DNA of 62,278 nt, counting the filler, from Basidiobolus ranarum (taxonomy: Eukaryota), in NCBI GenBank assembly GCA_040143965.1. It is 33 parts of 33 records of this genome, joined end to end, with 100 filler letters (N's around TTAATTAATTAA, not from the genome) between each part and the next. Parts side by side here need not be neighbours in the genome. Positions count along the whole stretch, not along the records: positions 39,755 to 41,542 come from JASJQH010011207.1; positions 41,643 to 43,429 come from JASJQH010011208.1; positions 43,530 to 45,316 come from JASJQH010011209.1; positions 45,417 to 47,202 come from JASJQH010011210.1; positions 47,303 to 49,088 come from JASJQH010011211.1; positions 49,189 to 50,974 come from JASJQH010011212.1; 27 more parts are not named here. The stretch is one strand, 5' to 3'. A program made the position numbers and the translations under genes. Position 1 is the first letter of the stretch; each line of letters opens with the position of its first letter. Positions 39,655-51,074 of this stretch are shown here, piece by piece. The notes below the pieces were generated by a model. That model was not told where the DNA came from and did no database searches. It was given only the letters and a program-made list of their open reading frames with translations.

Positions 39655-40787
39655 NNNNNNNNNNNNNNNNNNNNNNNNNNNNNNNNNNNNNNNNNNNNTT
39701 AATTAATTAANNNNNNNNNNNNNNNNNNNNNNNNNNNNNNNNNNNNNNNNNNNNTGGGGCTTCCAGCACAAGTTTGAAAAATCTATATATCTGAGAGCTT
39801 CTAAGCTGGTAAAAATATTCTAAGTAAATTCCAATTGTGAATAATGGATAATATCTTGGTGAATTATAAGATAACTAAGTACTAAGCTATATACTACTAT
39901 AAAGGTGCTTAGGCAATGCTAATTTCAACATTAAGAAGGTGGGAAATATAATATGTTTTTGCCTACCATTAACATATACAATTATTTTTTCTAATAACAA
40001 ATAATCATCTTATTCATACAAATCACATACTTTGCAACTTGGACTTTAAATTTTATGCATGCTTGCATTCTTGCAGGCTTACTTTCATAGAAGGAATTAG
40101 TATTCAATTAACTAGAGTAATTTCAGACTTTTAAGACTCTATCAAACCAGACTTCCATGCCAACTGAGAGGTTTTCATATGATGCTTATGGTTTTTTCTG
40201 TTGAAGGCAGCATTGCCTAAATATCTATACAGTCATATATATCAAGGTATTTTGGGATCCTGCTGGAAGTGGTTTGGAGAACTGGAGAAACTGGTGGTTT
40301 TCATGTATTAATTTATTAAGTAAAAAGTCAGCATGTTGTAGGTTTCTCCATATGCAAGCATACCAACATGTAGAATGTATTAAGGAAAGTTCCAGGAACA
40401 TGTGTGCAAACTCTGGGGCTTATGACACAAGAGTTAAAAATCTATGTATTTGAGAACTTCAAAGTTGGTAAAAATATTCTAAGTAAATTGCAATTGAGAA
40501 TTATAGATAATATCTTAGTGAATTATAAGATAACTAAGTACCAAGCTATGTATGTGAAAAATGTGAGAATTAGCAATCCCAAATTGGAAATTTCAAACTT
40601 ATCCAAATTGCCCAAAGATAGTCCATTTTACTCCCACAGATGTTTGGACCATGACCCCAGTGTTAGTTTTGTATTTCCACCAAAATGTATAAGTGCTATA
40701 TTTCTGGACAGTAAATAATTATCTCACAAAGCTATTCACAACTGTACTTTCCTAAAGTTCCTCCAAACAGCCCATATTTTCCCAATA

Positions 40788-41358
40788 TCTACATGGTCAT
40801 GTATTTGGATTCTCAGACATGGTATATGGATTCTGGAGCTTCCCAACATTTCACAAATGAAAAACATTGGTTTGAGGATTATGAAGTAATCCTCATTAGA
40901 AAGGTTTTCATTGGAGATGACTATTCTTTGGATGCTATTGGAATGGGAACAATACAAGTCAATTTAACTGGAGCTTCTGAAGAGAAAGTGTATGCTTCTA
41001 AGGATGTGCTACATGTTCCAGATATTGCCAAGAATTTGATATCTGTATGCAAGGCAGCCTCAGAAAGGCTAGCATTCCATTTTGATAAGTCAAGATGCAC
41101 CATCATTGCTGAAAATTGGAATTATTTAGCTTTGGGAGAAAAGGATCAGAACTTATACAAGCTTACATATAGTCCAAGAGGTTTATGTGTAAATATAAGT
41201 TATTCCAATCAAGAAACTATTCAATTATGTCATAAGGTATTTGGGCATATTGGATTTGATTATTTGAGTAAAACAATCAAAAATTGCCTAATTTCTGGAA
41301 TTCAAATTAACCCCTGAACCAAAATGGAAATGTGCAAGGGTTGTATATATGGAAAACT
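40788..41358 (+). mobile_element. Copia protease/GAG-pre-integrase remnant flanked by LTR fragments
   Basis: WYMDSGASQHFT, DVLHVPDIAKNLISV, HKVFGH, CKGCIYGK. Confidence 0.9.
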
Positions 41359-41642
41359 GTTGGAGGATCTTGACATAATGGGGGCAAACTATGAGTATTA
41401 TAAGCAACTTATGATAGTGTGTTTTAGTAACTTTAATCTTAAGAGTATATGGTGACTTATATAGTAGAAAAGTAAATCAATTGTTTGAGATATTCAGGAG
41501 TTTGTGTAATAAGATATAATTGATAAGTGGGGGTAATAAGACNNNNNNNNNNNNNNNNNNNNNNNNNNNNNNNNNNNNNNNNNNNNTTAATTAATTAANN
41601 NNNNNNNNNNNNNNNNNNNNNNNNNNNNNNNNNNNNNNNNNN

Positions 41643-43429
41643 GTTGGTAGGTTGCATTCTGCCAGGGATTTTGATGGTATGATGGCAGTTTCTTAATGGT
41701 ATTTTGACGGTATTCATACATGCTAAAATTTTGATCCACAAATTTGGCATGCGTTATTTAATATCTGGCAATTTTTGCAAAAATATAATTTTCAAATGGC
41801 AAATTACTGGGTTTACTGCTGTAGGAATTCAAATTAATATGCATGCCTTTATTTAGATATTTTAGGCTTTGTATTCCAGCCATGATGAGAATCAAAAAGT
41901 ACAAGAATCTTGTTGTGTTTAGTCTCTACATATGCATATATTTGACTGATTAGACATAACTCAACAACATATATAGCTGAGTAAGTATTATTGGACTGTT
42001 GTTGAATAGTAAGTGCATAGTGCCTAATGGGAAGCTCCGTCTCCAGCTGATCCCCTTTAGCAATAATATCTTAGGCTTACAGCCAATACCAAGTTTGATG
42101 TTAGGCTGACTATTTGGTGAATTGATATCAGTGATCATGTTGAAATCTGACTGGGCTCTTGATGGTAAAATCATGGAGTTGAGAGTTGTATTTGGATAGT
42201 AATAATGCATTTGTCCAATAGAGTACACTCCATTGATGTGACAAAATCTACAACAAGATAGTGCATTGTGCCTGCCAAAACCTCGAAGTGTACTGATGGC
42301 AGGAGTGTCACCAGTACATACAGTAAGATTAGCTTTAATAAAATATTCACCCATCTGAACCCCATTACATAACCATTCAAATTCCACAATCAAAGGCTCC
42401 AAGAAGCTATCAATAAGCACTGGTGATTGAGGTCCAGATATGATGGATAGTATCAAAATACTGTGACTCCTATACCATTCAAAGGGAAGAAGATTTAAGT
42501 TGATTAGAATTATTGGCCAGCAAGCCTTTCCAACAGTATATTTGTTTAGTGAGAAAACATCCAGAGCCAATGCAAATGCATGATCATACATTTTCTCAAA
42601 GAACCCTTGACTTTTCGGATTCTGGTAGTGATATTCATCAAGTATATCAGTAATACCATCAGCTTTACAGTGAGTTCTTTGGTGTAGGATCAATGATCTA
42701 TATTTGGGTGATTTCATCATCACTTTATGATGGGGAATCAATGGTATGTAAGCCAAATATCATCAATATTTACCTGACTCAGTGATTGCCAATTTTGTGC
42801 AAACAGTGCATGACTTCAGGTCTTTCACATCACCAGTGAAAGCCAAGCAACCGTTTGGACATTAAGGTAGTTTAAGAACTGAAGAATTATAAGTCATAAA
42901 ATTGACAAGTGTTTTCCACTTGTACCAGGTCTGTGACAAGCAACAGTTGACAATCAACTGTGGTAAAAGTGTAAGAAAACTAGTAAACACCTGGTTGCTA
43001 AGATTGGATTGAACTCTTCACTCCTCAATAATCAAAGCTGCTTCCATTACAGTAAGTTTTATGAGTGCACTAATGTTTGCCAATAATAAAGAGTCTGTAA
43101 TAAAACCGTTGTCTTCTCCATGGAACCAGGTGCATCAGTTGGGAGAGTGCTAAATTTGGAAATTTATCCAACTCCTGGCACCTCTCATCAAGTCAAAACA
43201 GCAGCAAATAAAACTCATGGCTCTCCAACCCCTAAAAAAAATAAAATATATTCAATCTGGATTGAATCCATCCTCTGAAAGAGCAAAACTGTCCAAGAAC
43301 CCTCACAATATTGGTAGCTTGCATTCTGCCAGGGATTTTGATGGTATGATGGCAGTTTCTTAATGGTATTTTGACGGTATTCATACATGCTAAAATTTTG
43401 ATCCACAAATTTGGCATGCGTTATTTAAT
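41643..43429 (-). mobile_element. CACTA-like unit with the longest transposase ORF in the window (41950-42756)
   Basis: 268-aa open frame with all core motifs; end A at 43230; contig ends are direct repeats. Confidence 0.88.
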
Positions 43430-43919
43430 NNNNNNNNNNNNNNNNNNNNNNNNNNNNNNNNNNNNNNNNNNNNTTAATTAATTAANNNNNNNNNNNNNNN
43501 NNNNNNNNNNNNNNNNNNNNNNNNNNNNNGTCTGATCAAGGAATACATGGGTCTTATATAGATATTGCAAGATGAAAAATAATGTACTTAATAGGGAATA
43601 TACTGTGGCAAGTTCAAGAGTTGGGGTGTTGGGGACTGCAATGACCAATACAAAGAGGGACGATGTAAGGATGATATAAGGATGATCAGGTGACCTTCCA
43701 TGGAAGGTCTTGGCGGAAATGCACTATGTGAGGGATGACATGATTGGTTAGGTTTCATGGAATGTTCCAAAGAGCATGACTTTCATATAAGGTAATCTAG
43801 ATCAACTGACACCAGATTGCTAAGAAGGGATGGCACAGCAGATATGATGTCATAATCTAATAATAGAGGAGTTCTATTTGTAGTGGATCAGTATGCCAAG
43901 ATCAGAATCATGACACATA

Positions 43920-44708
43920 GGGGGTGTTCTTTTTTCTACAACATGGTTCTCAGCCCCACCACAAACATTTAAACAACCCTGCTATCATTATCATAAATTC
44001 TGGTGCCATGAAAGCTGGAGGCTTCAGAGAAAAATATTTATAAGCACAGTCATTGTACAAAGCCACCAGCTACACAAAGCCAGGTAAATATCAACAGTAA
44101 TAAGTGCACAAAATTGACTTTAGTTTTGCCCACTGAGTTCACTTGCTGTGCTTTGCCTCAAAGTTTTGGAAACACTGCCAAAAGTCCAGATACCATGGAG
44201 TGACCAGAATGATGTAGTTATATATGCAACTTTGGGTGAACCAGCAAGTCCAGACAACTTTGAGGACATGCTCCTAGATGTTGACCTTGTTATTCCAGTA
44301 CTGATGGTAGTATATCATAAGTTGAAGAAGACAATGGTCTTATTATGGGCTCTTTGTTATTGGCAAGCATTTGTCCACTCATAACACATACAGCAAACAA
44401 AGCAGCTTTGATTTTTGAGGAGCAGAGAGTTCAATCCAATCTTAGCAACCAGGTGTTTATTAGTTCTCTTACACTTCTACCACAGTTAATTGGCAACTGT
44501 TGCTTGCCACAGACCTGGTACCAGTGGAAAACACCTGTCAATTGTATGACTTACAATTCTTCAGTAATTGGACTACCTTTATGTCCAAATGGTTGTTGGG
44601 CTTTGACCAGTGATATGAATATCTTGAAGTCATGTACTTTTTGCACACAATTGCCAATCACAGAATCAGGTAAATATTGCTCTTATTTGGCTTACACACC
44701 ATTGATTC
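43920..44708 (+). mobile_element. CACTA-like transposase N-terminal remnant
   Basis: Homologous to 34520-35330 (SPDNFEDMLLDV, LPQTWY.WK, CPNGC). Confidence 0.8.
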
Positions 44709-45316
44709 TATTAAATATTTGGGAGCCTGTTAGAACTGGTTTGGAGAATTAGAGGAATTGGTAGCTTTCACTTATTAACTTATCAAGTAGAAAGTTGACA
44801 TTTATAGATTGGTCAAGATGTAAACAAACAAACATGTAGAGTACATTAAGGATGGTCCCAGAAACATGTGTGCAAAGTCTGGGGCTTCTAGCACAAGGTT
44901 GAAAAATCTATATATCTGAGTACTTATAAGTTGGCAAAATGTTCTAATGAAATTCCAATTGGGAAAAATGAATAATATCTTAGTGAATTATAAAATAACT
45001 AAGTACTAAGTTATATATGAGATTAGAGGTGTTTAGGCAAAGCTAATTTCAACAATCTCCCTCAACTAAATAGTCATATAAACTAATCCTAATTAAGGTC
45101 TAAATTTCTCAAGTTTCTATCTAGATAAAGGTTTGGTTAATACATCAACAATCATGTCTTCTGTAAAATAGATTAAGTCAATAAACATATTTTCTATATT
45201 CTCTCTAATGAAGTAATGTTCAATATCCATATGTTTGCTTCTATTATAAAACATGGGATTTTTAGCTAATTTGATACAACTTGGATTATCATGAAATATT
45301 GTAGTTGGCAAATTTT
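44709..45316 (-). mobile_element. Copia RNase H, polypurine tract and 3' LTR-B
   Basis: DNPSCIKLAKNP..RSKHMDI..FIRE..DVLTKPL; GAGGGGAGA then TGTTGAAATTAGC. Confidence 0.88.
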
Positions 45317-46112
45317 NNNNNNNNNNNNNNNNNNNNNNNNNNNNNNNNNNNNNNNNNNNNTTAATTAATTAANNNNNNNNNNNNNNNNNNNNNNNNNNNN
45401 NNNNNNNNNNNNNNNNCTGGCATTGATCAGACTGAGGTCTGATCAAGGAATACATGGGGTTTGTATAGATATTGCAAGGCGAAACATAATATACTGAATA
45501 GGGAATATACTCTGGTAAGATCTAGAGTCAGGGTGTTGGGGGCTACAAGGACAATACAAAGAGGGATGATGTAAGGATGATGTAAGGATGATTGGGTGAC
45601 CTTCCATGGAAGGTCTTGGCAGAAATATACTATGTGTGGGATGACATGATTGGTTAGGTTTCATGGAATGTTCCAAAGAACATGACTTCCATATCAGGTA
45701 ATCTGGACAAACTAACACAAGATTGCCAAGAAGAGATGGCCAGCAGATATGATGTCATAATCTGATAATAGAGAAGTTCTATTTGTAGTGGATCAGTATG
45801 CTGAGATCAGAACCATGACAGATCTAAGCATATCCTATAGTCCTATTTCATAGTGAGCAATTAATAGGATACATTAAATTCTATAAATCTTAAGTGTCTA
45901 ATTCACAAATCCAAATGTTGTCCAAAACACTTCCAAGTCACCTGAACACTTTTATCAATGATAATCCAGAAATATGTGTTTCTTACTTTTTAGATCATGA
46001 TTGGACCAATTTTTGGTCATAACTTTGACTTGAGCAATGAATGCAAAGCTGCTCACATGTTTACATCAGGTTTAACTCCAAACAAAGCTTGAAATGGTGT
46101 ATAGCTAGATAG

Positions 46113-47066
46113 TGTTGAAATTAGCAAATAGCAACTCATTATTTAGTAGTTAGATTATTCATGTTCTGATTATTTAGCACTCAATTCTGCCATTCAAAAA
46201 CATGTGTTTATTGCTCTAATTGATAGAAATATTAATAAGACCTCTTTTACCAATTTTCACTATTTTCTCAAAAATTCTCCAAATCACCTCAAATTTTGAC
46301 CCATGCTTGACAGGCATATTTGTTATACTCTAAGCACATCCTATAGCTCTATTTCATAGCAAACTATAAATAGGACATATTCAATTCAATAAAGCTTAAG
46401 TGTCTAATTTACATACCCAAATCTTGTTCAAAACACTTCCAAGTCCCCTAAACACTTTTATCAGGTTATGAGCCCAAAGCTAGCTGCTAAAGGAATGTCT
46501 ACCAGTACAATTACTAATGTTTTTGCATCCACAGAGAAGTTTGATGGTTAAGACTTTCACGTTTAGAAGTTTAAAATGCAAATGGTGCTAGAAGACAAGG
46601 ACCTTTGGGGATTTTTTTACAGGTGAAGAAATATAGCCAAAGGGACCGCCAGAAGCTATCCTTGCCTTTCACAAGAAGCAGAGGAAAGCACTCTTTACAC
46701 TTTGTGAACATCTCAGAGACTCTCAATTAGGGCACATACAATGAGCCAAAAGTGTCCAAAATGTGTGGGAAACACATGAGGGACTCTATGAGAATAAAAG
46801 TCTGGCTAATAGGCTATATCTTAAGAAAGGTTGTTCTCAATTAAGATGAATTCTGATGATTCTATGCTTAATCATATAAATTGGATAAAAACTATGGCAG
46901 ATTAGCTCTCATCAATTGGAGCTCCTCTAAATGAAGATGACTTGGTCATAACACTACTTGGGAGCCTGCCAGACAAGTTTGGGAGCCTCATAATTGCCCT
47001 AGAATCAAGATCAGAGCCATTAACAATGGAATATGTTGGTGTAAGGCTTTTCAATGAGGAAATAAG
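46113..47066 (+). mobile_element. Copia 5' LTR-C (46113-46463), primer-binding site (46464-46476) and gag
   Basis: TGTTG...TTATCA then GGTTATGAGCCCA; EKFDG.DFH.KFKMQMVLEDKDLWG, LLGSLPDKF. Confidence 0.88.
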
Positions 47067-48419
47067 TATAGGGAAAATATGGGATGTTTGCAGGAACTTT
47101 AGAAAAGTGGAGTTGTGAATAGCTTTGTGAGATAATTGTTTATTGTCCAGAAATAAAGCATTTATACTTTTTGGTGGAAATACAGAAAACTAACACTGGG
47201 GTNNNNNNNNNNNNNNNNNNNNNNNNNNNNNNNNNNNNNNNNNNNNTTAATTAATTAANNNNNNNNNNNNNNNNNNNNNNNNNNNNNNNNNNNNNNNNNN
47301 NNCTTGACAAAACTATAAATGTCAACTTTCTACTCAATAAATCAATAAGTGAAAACCACCAATTCCTCTAATTCTCTAAACCACTTCCAACAGGCTCCCA
47401 AATACTTTAACAGCTTTAATACTCACCACTCTCATTTTGTAAATCATATATCTGAATATGGATTCCTAATAGATTAATTGGTTACTGGTCCATCAAGGAG
47501 ATTTTGCAAGAGTAAAACCAACAACACATTTCTGCTTGATTAAATTGATGTACCGTGATTGTTTATGGCTAAATTGAACTATTATACACACTGGTATTCC
47601 TAAGAGTGCATGAATCAGCTTTGCACTTAACACATCCTTGCACTAAAATTATGCATGATTAGCTATAGTTCCAAATGCTAAGTTATCAATGACCTATAAT
47701 TTTAACAATATTGTTTTGACCACTGTTGTTACTTGTTTCATTTAAATCTTTTTTGTTAGCCACTAGCAAATTTGTCACTATAATCAAACAACTGATAGAA
47801 ATCTGCCAAATTATCATAAGTTCACAATTTAAATTTTCCATATTTGCAAGTAATATAGCTTATATACTTTCATTGAAAAGTCACTTTTGGTCATTAATGG
47901 TTGGTAAGTTACTCATGAAACATTTTTCTTTGAATTGTTACAACTTATAACATGTTGATGAGCAAAATACTTTATTACAAATAACAGCTGGATATATGTA
48001 TCTCTATCACTGACAATAGCAATTATTTGCATCCAGAGATTTGTGCTTCAGTTTGTTGAAATTAGCAGAGCCTCAACAATAGTAAAGTCATTAATAGCTT
48101 GGTATTTAGTTTGTCTCCATTTCATTAATATATTAGTCACTATTTTTAGTTGCCATTGAATTTTCATATTTCTACCTACTTAGAAGTTCTCCAATATATA
48201 GAATTTTAAAACTTGTGTTAAAAGCCCCAAACATGCATATTCCTCAGTCTTTCTCTGACAAATCTTACCTGCTAATTTGCTTGTATCTCAACAAAACTCT
48301 AAGAGTCAACTTTCTACTCAATTAATCAATAAGTGAAAATCAATAATATCACTAGTTGTTGCTGAATAACTAATCTGTATTCAATATCTTAGCTAGCCTT
48401 AGTTACAATACATATATCA

Positions 48420-48920
48420 CAAGCACAAAGCAACATATCAGCCGCCCCTATATTCTAAATGGGAATATTTCTGTATCTACATAACAAATGTGACTATTTA
48501 CCCCCACTTTTGTATTATATCTTATTTCACAGACTCTTGAATATCTCAAACAATTGATTTACTTCTCTACTATATATTATAACTTATTCTCACACAAATA
48601 AAGTAGTCAAAAGACACTATCATTAGTAGCCTCTAATGTCTAAAGTCTACCACCATTATGTCAAGATCCTCCCACTTGGTAGCAGAAAATGACCTAGAGT
48701 CTTAAAAGGAGATTACTAATATTTGAACATTCAATGGGGAAGATTTTTATCAATAGAAATACAAGATGCAACTTGTGCATGAAGGGAAACATGTCTGGGC
48801 AGTAGTTCAATCAGATGAAGAAAAAGTAACTTCTGAAGTAGAAAGTACAGATTCTGACACTGAAACAAAGCAGGCAACACATAAAAAAACCAGGGCAACC
48901 ATCAAAGAAAAAGATAGACT
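48420..48920 (+). mobile_element. Copia LTR-D, primer-binding site TGGTAGCAGA (48677-48686) and gag start
   Basis: LTR-D shared with 2620-2854 and 53650-53884; FNGEDFYQ.KYKMQLV..GKHVWAVV. Confidence 0.7.
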
Positions 48921-48946
48921 TATTGAAATTATTTAGGGAGAAATAT

Positions 48947-49019
48947 TGGTCTGGCTGGGATTTGAACCTGGGGCCTTCTTCACTCTAGCAAGGTGCTCTA
49001 ACCACTGAGCTACCAGTCC
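48947..49019 (-). pseudogene. 73-nt tRNA-derived sequence (degenerate; isotype not assignable)
   Basis: GGACTGG-TA-GCTC-AGTGGTTA-GAGC-A-CCTTG-CTAGAGT-GAAGA-AGGCC-CCAGG-TTCAAAT-CCCAG-CCAGACC-A; A and B boxes present; T-arm mismatches fit CpG decay. Confidence 0.85.
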
Positions 49020-49188
49020 TTGTATGCTATGCCTATATTGCTAGGGAACCTTAACCTAGTCTGTCAATGTATGGTACTTTGGCATTTCNNNNNNNNNNNN
49101 NNNNNNNNNNNNNNNNNNNNNNNNNNNNNNNNTTAATTAATTAANNNNNNNNNNNNNNNNNNNNNNNNNNNNNNNNNNNNNNNNNNNN

Positions 49189-49300
49189 TGATCCAGTATT
49201 GTCACAATATCTTAAAAGATTGATGTCTTGATTGTCACTTTGTTTAGATTAGTATTTAAGCTAAATAAAGTCTACACCATCTGGTGCTTTTCATCCCCCA
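49189..49300 (+). mobile_element. LINE 3' end, second insertion
   Basis: Matches 3897-4008 and ends at the same base. Confidence 0.65.
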
Positions 49301-50107
49301 CTAAGTATGCTCTTGGTCAGTACTATCTGATTTGAAGAGTTGAAAGCTCGTCAGCAGGTTCTTGGTACTCCAAGGTAAGTTAGAAAAACAATATATCTGC
49401 TGTTCTTCCCCGTATTCAAGGTTTAAAAGATGATCGAATTCGTTAGAAATTAGATCCACTGTAATATAATCCATTGGAATTATGGTTGTATGGTAATATA
49501 TATGAGTAAAGTACGTATGGATATGAAGTGACCATAGAATCTTGGTAGTAGTGAGCAATATAGATCATATATCATAGGTTCAAAGGCAGTCGGCATTGCT
49601 TAGAAAGGACTATTTTTTTGTACTACAACTATGATGTTTAATTGGCCTTACCTTTTATATACTACATATCATAATCAAGAAGCAATATGACTTTAGTGAA
49701 CAATGTACTGCATCAACAGTTCCATTCGAGATAGTTACGAAAGTCTACTTTACAGCATTATGGTCATTGGAGCGGAAGTAGCAAATCAGTGAAGGCAATG
49801 TATTTATTTGGGATATGAAGAGGCATTTCTGCTTGATTTGAAGGTGTACGAATTCCGTTGTAATAAGGTTAGGTGCATATTCTCTTCAGCATATTTTCTG
49901 AATGATTAGTGCCCTCTTTTTTCTTACTTGCCTAAGGATGATGGCTGAGAGACGAGCTAAGATGCTTTTCAATTACTATTGGATATTTGCTTTAAGCAAT
50001 GTAACGTACCTAACCCTAATGGTACATTAGATGAAAGCAGGTAACTTGATCAGGTTTTGGCTACTGCTAATGAACTTGGGGTATACGAATCTAGTAAAAT
50101 AGCTCAA

Positions 50108-50183
50108 TAACCCTAAGAAAAACTATCTTAAGAAGGAACCTAACCCTAAGAAAAACTATCTTAAGAAGGAACCTAACCCTAAG
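50108..50183 (+). repeat. 33-bp perfect tandem repeat (2.3 copies)
   Basis: TAACCCTAAGAAAAACTATCTTAAGAAGGAACC at 50108 and 50141, partial copy at 50174. Confidence 0.95.
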
Positions 50184-50638
50184 TCTACACAAGTATTCAG
50201 TTTATGCAGGATTAGATCTAATGTGGAGGCATGTCATGTGATCAATGTTTGTATTCATATGGAATCCAACAATTGACTCTCGGTTCACAAATTGAGTACA
50301 AGCAACCATATTGTGACAGAATCCAGTTTTTGCCATGATGACCAATCATTATATTGCCAATTTAAGTTGGCCCCTGTAAAACGTCTTCGAAGCTAGTACA
50401 CAGTTCAGAAGGCTATGTTAGTAAAGCGATGGTTCGAAACTCGGGTAAGTAGTATTTCGAGTAAATTAACATTAAAGGCAAAACCCTGAGCTATCTTTCA
50501 AGGGTCACTTGGGAAGTTATATTACAAAGAACCTCTAGACACTGAGTTTTTTTTCAATTTCCAAACCGAGAGGAAATGCAGTAAACTTAAGCAGAGCCAG
50601 CCATACTAACTTGAGAGCTATTCATGTTCCAAGTAATG

Positions 50639-50646
50639 TATAAATA
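50639..50646 (+). promoter_or_regulatory. TATA box of the LPMO gene
   Basis: TATAAATA 44 bp upstream of ATG 50683. Confidence 0.6.
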
Positions 50647-50682
50647 CTTCAACATCAAGGAGTTCATAGTTATCGAAATCTT

Positions 50683-50974
50683 ATGATGCTCTCCAATCTT
50701 TTACAATCCTCTATTTACTTCCTTGGTTTTGCAGCGTTGACCGTTGCTCACATGGAGATGATCCAACCTCCACCACGCCACTCCCGCCATAACCCAACTT
50801 GGAAGGGCTCTCCCGACTACGACATGGTTAATCCTTTAGGCGTCTACCCATGCAAGGGCTATGAACAAGGGGGGATTGTTCAGACTGTGAAGGCTGGAGA
50901 CTCCATTCAAGTGAAACTTGGTGGCATTGCTACTCACAAAGGAGGTCACTGCCAGTTTGCCATCTCTTATGACA
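50683..50974 (+). CDS. Secreted lytic polysaccharide monooxygenase, AA11-like, N-terminal part
   Basis: Signal peptide ending LTVA, then His1 (HMEMIQPPPR), YPCKGY and ATHKGGHCQFAISYD with the second brace His. Confidence 0.88.
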
Positions 50975-51074
50975 NNNNNNNNNNNNNNNNNNNNNNNNNN
51001 NNNNNNNNNNNNNNNNNNTTAATTAATTAANNNNNNNNNNNNNNNNNNNNNNNNNNNNNNNNNNNNNNNNNNNN

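Noticed and set aside
47412..48050. Possible MULE/SWIM remnant (LGIP near Cys residues, minus strand)
   Set aside because: Too degenerate to support by eye.
48947..49019. Functional tRNA-Ser(AGA)
   Set aside because: No long variable arm; mismatches in acceptor, anticodon and T stems.
17062..50974. A chitin-utilisation gene cluster (nagA, glycosyltransferase, LPMO)
   Set aside because: The genes lie on different size-sorted contigs; no linkage can be inferred.
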